Below, one piece after another: positions 1 to 5,246 of a stretch of 5,246 nt of DNA. The stretch is from Zygophlyctis sp. KS116. Its lineage: Eukaryota; Fungi; Chytridiomycota. Positions within the stretch are counted from its first letter, which is position 1. Each line of letters opens with the position of its first letter. Location of the stretch: contig BAAFSQ010000491.1 of NCBI GenBank assembly GCA_054661495.1, positions 1-5,246 on the forward strand, written 5' to 3'. The notes beneath the pieces were generated by a model. That model was given only the letters and a program-made list of their open reading frames with translations, did no database searches and was not told the origin of the DNA. A program made the position numbers and the translations under genes.

Positions 1-430
1 ACGATAATTATAATCAGAAGAATTGTCAGGCGGTGGGCTTTCATTTCTTTCTACTGGAGGATCGTAATAGGCAACAGCTCCTGCAGGGTGAGGATGATTT
101 ATAGTTGAATGTCTACTTTGAGAGCGCTCCAATGGTAAAGTTGGGAGCTGATACTTTGATAAGAATTCTGATTGACGATAATTATAATCAGAAGAATTGT
201 CAGGCGGTGGGCTTTCATTTCTTTCTACTGGAGGATCGTAATAGGCAACAGATCCTGCATGGTGAGAATTTGTTAGTGCTGTCGGGGTACAAGCAGCCTC
301 TGAGCGACTCAAGGATAGATTCGGCAACTGATAGTTTGATAATGCGCCTGCTTGAGAATACATATAATCAGATGAATTATGTGGCTTGGGACTGACATTC
401 CTGTCTGACGAATGTTCATAATAAGCTAAA
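1..430. repeat. Coding tandem repeat, period 174-180 bp (58-60 aa), at least 3 partial copies
   Basis: 1-77 is identical to 175-251 and extends to 92/266 with 2 mismatches. A diverged copy lies at about 355-430 (AYYEHSSDRNVSPKPHNSSDYMY versus AYYDPPVERNESPPPDNSSDYNY). Both offsets are multiples of 3. Confidence 0.92.
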
Positions 431-780
431 GCGGCTGAAGGATAAGGATCTGAAAAAGTCGATGCAACTTTGTGATTTATCGTAAAATCTTTTCCTTTGT
501 CATTGATCTTCAAAACAGAATTAGAATCGTCCAATCCTTTCCTTTGCCGATACATATAGATAATGGATCCAATTATAATGAAGGCAACACTGGCACCCAC
601 ACTAATGAGCAAAATTGTCCCAATGTCTAGATTGGCATTATCGGAAGAATTGGCTGAGCTGTTCGCAGTTGAAGAAGGAAATAAAGTGGAAGATGCATTA
701 AGTTGGCCTTGAACAATACCAGTCGTTGCAGAAGCTATATTTGCAGTAGCACTATTATTGTTGGGTAAGTTGTTACTCAT
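1..780 (-). CDS. Single-pass membrane protein, paralog A (3' end runs off the window, at least 260 aa): S/T/N-rich N-terminus, TM at about aa 53-77, tail with 58-60 aa Tyr/Pro repeats
   Basis: ATG at 780-778 opens a stop-free frame to base 1: MSNNLPNNNSATANIASATTG...NLDIGTILLISVGASVAFIIIGSIIYMYRQRKGLDDSNSVLKIND...AYYDPPVERNESPPPDNSSDYNYR. The hydrophobic stretch is followed by RQRK. The post-TM segment matches ORF 969-1409 (YFYRQKNGLDEKPSVLEIND). It is absent from the ORF track, probably because no stop lies in the window. Confidence 0.88.
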   Translation of the reverse strand, partial: MSNNLPNNNSATANIASATTGIVQGQLNASSTLFPSSTANSSANSSDNANLDIGTILLISVGASVAFIIIGSIIYMYRQRKGLDDSNSVLKINDKGKDFTINHKVASTFSDPYPSAALAYYEHSSDRNVSPKPHNSSDYMYSQAGALSNYQLPNLSLSRSEAACTPTALTNSHHAGSVAYYDPPVERNESPPPDNSSDYNYRQSEFLSKYQLPTLPLERSQSRHSTINHPHPAGAVAYYDPPVERNESPPPDNSSDYNYR

Positions 781-968
781 TTATTGTTTTAATGATCCGT
801 TTTGCGGCATCAAACGGCCATAAACTTTTACGGCAACTGTAGGGATGTTTCTCAAGCTGCTCAATGCTCATCCCTCAAAACGTTTGATTGAATTTTTGGT
901 AAGAAATGAATTCTATTTAAATATTCGCATTTAACAATTTTAAAATGATCATTTATCTATAATATGAA

Positions 969-1409
969 TCATTTTTCCAAGTCTATCTCAATTTCAGACT
1001 CCAGACTTTCCGGATCTTGGTCGTTATCCAGACTTTCCGGATCTTGGTCGTTAATTTCTAGGACTGAAGGCTTTTCATCTAACCCATTCTTTTGCCTGTA
1101 GAAATATACAGCAGCTCCAACTATTATAATGGAGAAAATGATCCCGCCACTTATTATCAAACTCTGTGAGATTTGTTGATGGGAGTTATTGCTACTTTCT
1201 GTTGCATTCGGTTGCTGTTGCTCAATGTTTGGGATAGGGGATTGACTAAACCAAGCTGTTTGAGATGTTGGCTGAGATTGGGCTGCAGATTGAGATTTTA
1301 AAGTAGAGCTGGATGTTGGTTGAGGCACATTATTTATAATAGTTTCAATGACTACATTTTCTTCAACAGATTCTAGAGGGGGTCGCTTGGGATTATTCTT
1401 CTTTGACAT
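969..1409 (-). CDS. Single-pass membrane protein, paralog B (146 aa): S/T/Q-rich N-terminus, TM, short acidic tail
   Basis: ATG-to-TGA ORF with TM LIISGGIIFSIIIVGAAVYFY followed by RQK. Shares FSQSPIP with 1602-2123 and YRQxxGLDxxxSVLxIND with 1-780. Confidence 0.85.
   Translation of the reverse strand: MSKKNNPKRPPLESVEENVVIETIINNVPQPTSSSTLKSQSAAQSQPTSQTAWFSQSPIPNIEQQQPNATESSNNSHQQISQSLIISGGIIFSIIIVGAAVYFYRQKNGLDEKPSVLEINDQDPESLDNDQDPESLESEIEIDLEK
1000..1053. repeat. Perfect 27-bp tandem duplication (NDQDPESL[D/E] x2)
   Basis: tccagactttccggatcttggtcgtta occurs at 1000-1026 and 1027-1053. Confidence 0.95.
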
Positions 1410-1601
1410 AATTAATATCTATTTCAAGTATGCGGCGTTAATTGAACGGCCTATTTTTAGCGTCGTTCTTTGAAACCGTTATGTACGATCCCTAATGTTC
1501 TTAATTTGGAATAGAAAAGATTTCAGACAAGTTTACAAACAATAATTTTAAAATTCTAAAATCAAAAATTTCATCACAAGTTGCAGTGTTGAGAATTACC
1601 T

Positions 1602-2123
1602 CTAACGATACACTGCACTATATGATAAAGTAGAAGCTCTATAGTCAAGCCTTTGATCAGGCATATAAGAATTCCTATGAAATTCTTGTTGAGGCAAATG
1701 TAAATCATTGAATACAGGAGTGGATGTAGGTTGAGATAAGTATGATGGTGTTGGCGATAAATTAAAATCCTTTACTCCTTGATTTTCTGAATCTTTAACT
1801 TGCTCATGTGAATATAAAATTGAACCATCTTCTTCGGAATCCTTTTTTTTACTGTAGAAATAGAAGAATGCACCAACTGAGATCAATAAAAATCCAATGA
1901 TCATTCCCACTATAATATTTCTAGTAATTTGTTGTTGGGAAATAGTATCACTTGATGTTGAATCTGAAGAGTTTATAATAGATGGAATCGGAGATTGACT
2001 AAATGGCGATGTTGAGATTGTTGTAGTTTCTGTAAAAGTCATTGAGCTGGTCATTGTAGCTGATTGAATAGAACTTGTGCTTAGACTACTACTAAGAGAA
2101 GATTTAGTTCTTTTAGAGGCCAT
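1602..2123 (-). CDS. Single-pass membrane protein, paralog C (173 aa): mucin-like Ser/Thr N-terminus, TM, Tyr-containing tail
   Basis: ATG-to-TAG ORF with TM IIVGMIIGFLLISVGAFFYFY followed by SKKK. Shares FSQSPIP and QQI with paralog B and LLISVGA with paralog A. Confidence 0.85.
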   Translation of the reverse strand: MASKRTKSSLSSSLSTSSIQSATMTSSMTFTETTTISTSPFSQSPIPSIINSSDSTSSDTISQQQITRNIIVGMIIGFLLISVGAFFYFYSKKKDSEEDGSILYSHEQVKDSENQGVKDFNLSPTPSYLSQPTSTPVFNDLHLPQQEFHRNSYMPDQRLDYRASTLSYSAVYR

Positions 2124-2288
2124 CTAGTTTAAATTTAAAAATATTTGAACGCCGCAGAATAAGCCATCCTAAAAATAATCGTTTGCATTATGATCGCACA
2201 AGCATAAACTACAAATCTTTAAAGAATATCATTTCAACGGACTCGCCATTGCAGGTTTATAGGGAGGGCTGACCAGGAAAAAATTGAA
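2124..2288. promoter_or_regulatory. Putative 165-bp bidirectional promoter between paralog C (-) and bS6m (+)
   Basis: Divergent ATGs at 2123 and 2289. The interval holds CG-containing words (AACGCCGCA at 2148-2156, CAACGGACTCGCC) in AT-rich DNA. Promoter function is inferred from position. Confidence 0.5.
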
Positions 2289-2673
2289 ATGCCAAAATAT
2301 GAAGCTGTAATTCTAGCAAAACTCTCCAATCAAGCTCCCAAGGTATGCATTGATTCAAGATTAATGATAGACAAAAGATGCACACAAACGATTGCTCAGG
2401 CAGCTAGCTACAAAGATTTTGGATGATGGAGGAGTCGTTCGATCATTTAATTTAATGGCGCATGATCAGGAATTGCCATACAGAATGAAGAAATATGAGG
2501 AAATTTACTCTAGAGCTACAATCTACTCTGTGCTGTTCGATGTAAGCCCTCGATCATTGCCAAAGATACGACAGCAGCTATCTTATGATGAAGATATACT
2601 CAGAGCAACAATTCTCAAAATTGGGGATTCAGTTGACAAAATATCTTCTTTTGTACCTCCAGAAAAACTTTAA
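2289..2673 (+). CDS. MRP17: Mitochondrial small-subunit ribosomal protein bS6m (MRP17/MRPS6), 118 aa; exons 2289-2342 and 2371-2673
   Basis: Spliced product MPKYEAVILAKLSNQAPK|TKDAHKRLLRQLATKILDDGGVVRSF...LPYRMKK...FDVSP...DEDILRATILK... shows bS6-family hallmarks (N-terminal MPxYE, GGxVR, LPY, DxxILR). A 28-nt GT-AG intron restores the frame. Confidence 0.88.
2343..2370 (+). other. Spliceosomal intron, 28 nt (bS6m)
   Basis: GTATGCATTGATTCAAGATTAATGATAG joins the MPKYE exon in frame to ORF 2392-2673. Confidence 0.88.
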
Positions 2674-4073
2674 GACAGTTTAGCAGCCTAATGGATTAGA
2701 AAGTCAGTTTCAGTACCTTTATATAGAGAGATTCTACAACATTACCCATATTTTTCATTGTCTCAAGAGCTGCTTCATATGTTTTCTAGATTATGAGATT
2801 TTTAAAAAGGAAAATTACATCCACGATTGGTTCATCATACACTTGGAGACATCCCACACCTTGATCAATAATGCCGTAAAAAACATTATCCAAAATCATT
2901 TGAGAAAGTCTACAGATGAATTTTAAATTATTACTTTGACTCTACTGCAAGAGTTGATAATTTTAACAGAGTTGCAACATGTGCTATTTCAACCCTTGAA
3001 AAAGGTTCAATAATTCTTAACAAATTTTGTTCCAATAGAGTATCATACAATGCGGTTAAATGAGTACGAATAATAGGATCATCAGTCAATTCTAATTCTA
3101 TTAATTTAAATTCCATTACCACGCTTAAATGTAGCCAATGCTTTTTCAAATTCAATCAATGATCGATTATGATGAGCTGTAGCAATCGCCTTCATTGCCT
3201 CAATCTCCACACCAACATATTTTGTGGCTAATTTCCCATTAATGATTGCATTAACATCATCCGTCTAAATTTAAGAAAATTATGATACCAAATTAAGCAT
3301 AATTTTACACAAGAGCATATATTTAAGAGCTAAAATTGCTCTTTTATCATCAATCGATGAAAAACCTTCTAGAGTCTCAAAAAAGTAAGAAAACCTAGAT
3401 TTAAAGTTATAAAACTTACGCAGTTTTATAATCCTTGTCTTCTGCATGTAAAATTCCAGACTGTAAATCCAAAGCCCCTTGCATAATTGGTGGACAGTAA
3501 ATAGCATTTGCCGAAGTCCTTGCTGAAGTTAGAGCAGCCTTTTTATAAGAAGATTTTTAAAATTACTTTTGACTTTGGCATATTTCTTAGAGCAAAATAA
3601 ACTCTTGATTCCAATAATTGTACCTCCATTAGCGCATTCTTATCATCCAATTTCTTCAAATCCTTTAAAAGAGTTCCTATTAAAGAAATTGCCTCTGAAT
3701 ACATTTTATTTTCCAGATACAATGATGCTAGTTTTGTTTCTAGCGCTTGACGTAAAAAGAATCGTTTTTCATTGATTGCCCATTCAATCGTGTCCTTTAC
3801 AATATTTATCTGTGCATCTAGAGAATGCGGAATTTCATCAAATAGATCTATTAAAACTCTAAATAGTTTCTGAATTTTAGCCTTTGCCAAATTCAATTTC
3901 TGACAAGAACGCACGAGTTCACTCAATTCTCCAACGTTTTTAAGAGTTTTAAAACATTCTGCCAGTCCGTAGACTGCATCTTCCGCCCGATAGTCATTGG
4001 CAGCTAGAATATTCTTGTAAAGTTCAATAGCCTTTAGTGGTTCAGTTGCAGCAAGAGATTTAGCCTTTTCCAT
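2670..4073 (-). CDS. RPN6: 26S proteasome lid subunit Rpn6/PSMD11 (PCI domain), about 403 aa; exons 4073-3567, 3538-3420, 3394-3289, 3264-3120, 3091-2935, 2909-2819, 2785-2717, 2687-2670
   Basis: Spliced translation has family-typical blocks: [29 protein letters not shown]|[35 protein letters not shown]|[55 protein letters not shown]|LSQMILD, D|[18 protein letters not shown]|AAKLS*. Exon lengths sum to 1212 nt (404 codons). Three ORF-track fragments are pieces of this gene. The last exon is the least certain part. Confidence 0.96.
2688..2716 (-). other. RPN6 intron 7, 29 nt
   Basis: GTACTGAAACTGACTTTCTAATCCATTAG has a CTAAT branch-like site and gives SLYIK|AAKLS*. If retained, the protein ends KVLKLTF* at 2696. 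Confidence 0.72.
2786..2818 (-). other. RPN6 intron 6, 33 nt
   Basis: GTAATTTTCCTTTTTAAAAATCTCATAATCTAG, phase 0, terminal TAG is an in-frame stop, VD|KTYEAAL. Confidence 0.9.
2910..2934 (-). other. RPN6 intron 5, 25 nt
   Basis: GTAATAATTTAAAATTCATCTGTAG, phase 2, restores VESKLSQMILD. Confidence 0.92.
3092..3119 (-). other. RPN6 intron 4, 28 nt (alternative in-frame acceptor at 3098 gives 22 nt)
   Basis: GTAATGGAATTTAAATTAATAGAATTAG, phase 1, restores [18 protein letters not shown]. Confidence 0.85.
3265..3288 (-). other. RPN6 intron 3, 24 nt
   Basis: GTATCATAATTTTCTTAAATTTAG, phase 0, contains an in-frame TAA, MLNL|TDDV. Confidence 0.9.
3395..3419 (-). other. RPN6 intron 2, 25 nt
   Basis: GTAAGTTTTATAACTTTAAATCTAG, phase 2, restores KTAFSYF. 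Confidence 0.92.
3539..3566 (-). other. RPN6 intron 1, 28 nt
   Basis: GTAATTTTAAAAATCTTCTTATAAAAAG, phase 0, KSK|AAL. Confidence 0.92.
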
Positions 4074-4207
4074 TCTTTTTCGCAAATTCCGAAATCGTTG
4101 GTAAAACCTTCAACTTGCACTGCCGACAGCCTCGGACATGATCTTTCTGATATAACTCAACTATTTTGTCAACACATCCATAAATGGAATTTTAGGAAAT
4201 GGTTGAT

Positions 4208-4623
4208 TTAGATTTTATTTAAGATTGAATTCATAAGTTTTTCATCTTCATCATCCAATAAAGCAGTTTCAAGAGGTAGAGATATGTTTTCTGTAGATTT
4301 GTTTCTAAGATTAATTTAAAAATATAATACTTTTGATTAGCAGTTTTGAATTTTTCCTTGTCGAATTTTTTGGCTTTAAAGGATTGTCCAGTGTTTACTT
4401 GTCTTGAATCTTGAGATTTTAGTTTATCTAAAAGTGTGGTTTGTCTCTTGATAGAGTCAAATTCAGAACTTAAGGTTTCGCGCTTTTCATGATGTTGGGA
4501 TGCAAGATCTATATGGTTTTCGTTTGATTCTATTTCTAAAGGAATAGGTTTCTTGTCTAGAGTATGGATGGTGGTGTCATGTTGATTTTCTTGAGATTTT
4601 GTAGTACTAGAATTGTTACCCAT
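4208..4623 (-). CDS. Hypothetical 129-aa hydrophilic protein with N-myristoylation motif; exons 4623-4331 and 4304-4208
   Basis: Begins MGNNSS (MGxxxS). Removing the 26-nt intron at 4305-4330 replaces the ORF-track tail (YYIFKLIL...) with NKSTENISLPLETALLDDEDEKLMNSILNKI*, which matches the composition of exon 1. Confidence 0.75.
4305..4330 (-). other. Spliceosomal intron, 26 nt
   Basis: GTATTATATTTTTAAATTAATCTTAG has the same size, GTA donor, TTAAT and TAG acceptor as the RPN6 introns. Confidence 0.78.
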
Positions 4624-4654
4624 AATTTCCGAAAGATAAAGATCGGAATCAAAT

Positions 4655-5246
4655 TTACATATTTACTGAAGACCAAATAATTTCAGAGCTTTCGTGTAAA
4701 TTAGGATTTTGAATGGTCATTTTGTATCCATGGTCATCTTGATATTCAATTTTTACATCTAAAGGTATATTTCCTGTTGACGCGTGGGAAGAGTTTGCTA
4801 TAGAAAGAGGTTCGGAAGGTGGGATTGTCTTTGATGATGTGTTAATATGGCCTTTTGAACTGGTTAAAGATTTATCATTTTGAACTGCTTCAACTGATTT
4901 TATCTTGTCTTTTGATTTACTCAAGTCTTCTTTAGATCCAGTTGCTTTGGGTTGAGTGATAGCTTCAACTGATTTCAATTGTTCTTTAGATTTACTCAAG
5001 TCTCCTGTAGATCCAGGTGATTTAGACTTGCCGATGGCTTCAACTGATTTCAATTGTTCTTTTGATTTACACAAGTCTCCTGTAGATAGATCCAGGTGAT
5101 TTGATGGAATCAACTGATTTCAATTGTTCTTTAGATCCAGCCATTGATTTAGTCTTGTTGACGGCATCAACCGACTTTAATTGCTCTTTAGATTTACTCA
5201 AGTCTCCTTTAGATCCAGTTGCTTTGGGTTGAGTGATAGCTTCAAC
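4655..5246 (-). CDS. 3' part of a Ser/Lys-rich repeat protein (5' end outside the window), frameshifted at 5083-5090; possible pseudogene allele or assembly error
   Basis: The frame from 5246 reads VEAITQPKATGSKGDLSKSKEQLKSVDAVNKTKSMAGSKEQLKSVDSIKSPGS and then hits TAA at 5069-5067. The same repeat resumes in another frame (TGDLCKSKEQLKSVEA...) and runs to TAA at 4657-4655. Confidence 0.75.
4885..5246. repeat. Coding tandem repeat, basic unit 75 bp (25 aa: VEAI....GS.GDLSKSKEQLKS), about 5 units
   Basis: The anchor caac(t/c)ga recurs at 4891, 4966, 5041, 5111, 5168 and partially at 5243 (spacings 75, 75, 70, 57, 75). 4914-4969 matches 5191-5246 with 1 mismatch. Confidence 0.93.

Noticed and set aside
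1-266. Direct repeats as a CRISPR array, LTR or transposon end
   Set aside because: The period is a multiple of 3 inside an open frame, there are no unique spacers or cas/transposase genes, and the context is eukaryotic.
105-395. ORF-track 96-aa ORF on the + strand
   Set aside because: It is an antisense shadow of the longer minus-strand gene at 1-780, starts at TTG, and has no recognisable features.
2124-2150. Possible 27-nt intron (GTTCAA...AAACTAG, minus strand) directly before the paralog C ATG
   Set aside because: The donor is GTT whereas all nine supported introns start GTA, and the nearest upstream ATG (2167) would be out of frame. A 5' UTR intron cannot be excluded without RNA data.
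3569-3775. ORF-track 68-aa ORF on the + strand
   Set aside because: It lies antisense within RPN6 exon 1 and has a non-ATG start.
2931-4085. ORFs 2931-3155, 3280-3507 and 3543-4085 as separate genes or a fragmented pseudogene
   Set aside because: All frame breaks are resolved by GT-AG micro-introns, giving one intact RPN6.
4231-4330. Hydrophobic C-terminus YYIFKLIL...LLYWMMKMKNL as a membrane anchor
   Set aside because: It most likely results from reading through the 26-nt intron at 4305-4330.
5087-5113. ORF-track start MIPSNHLDL for 4655-5113
   Set aside because: It is an out-of-frame reading of repeat sequence upstream of the 4-bp duplication with a TTG start. The real gene begins outside the window.
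5080-5197. 118-nt GTAAAT...TACAG intron that would rescue the frameshift
   Set aside because: It is about four times the local intron size and consists of clearly coding repeat units.

Overview
AT-rich, very gene-dense eukaryotic nuclear DNA using the standard genetic code. It is most consistent with an early-diverging (chytrid-like) fungus, which is an inference. Left to right: (1) a tandem array of three intronless, paralogous single-pass membrane protein genes on the minus strand (<1-780, missed by the ORF track; 969-1409; 1602-2123) with Ser/Thr-rich N-termini, no obvious signal peptide and variable tails, one carrying 58-60 aa Tyr/Pro repeats; (2) a divergently transcribed mitochondrial ribosomal protein bS6m gene (2289-2673, one intron); (3) a convergent 26S proteasome lid subunit RPN6 gene (4073-2670, seven introns) whose predicted stop codon interlocks with the bS6m stop in one TTAA; (4) a small, probably N-myristoylated protein (4623-4208, one intron); (5) the 3' part of a Ser/Lys-rich 25-aa repeat protein interrupted by a 4-bp duplication frameshift. 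All nine predicted introns are only 24-33 nt. No RNA genes, CRISPR arrays or mobile elements were recognised. All gene models were built by hand and no searches were run.
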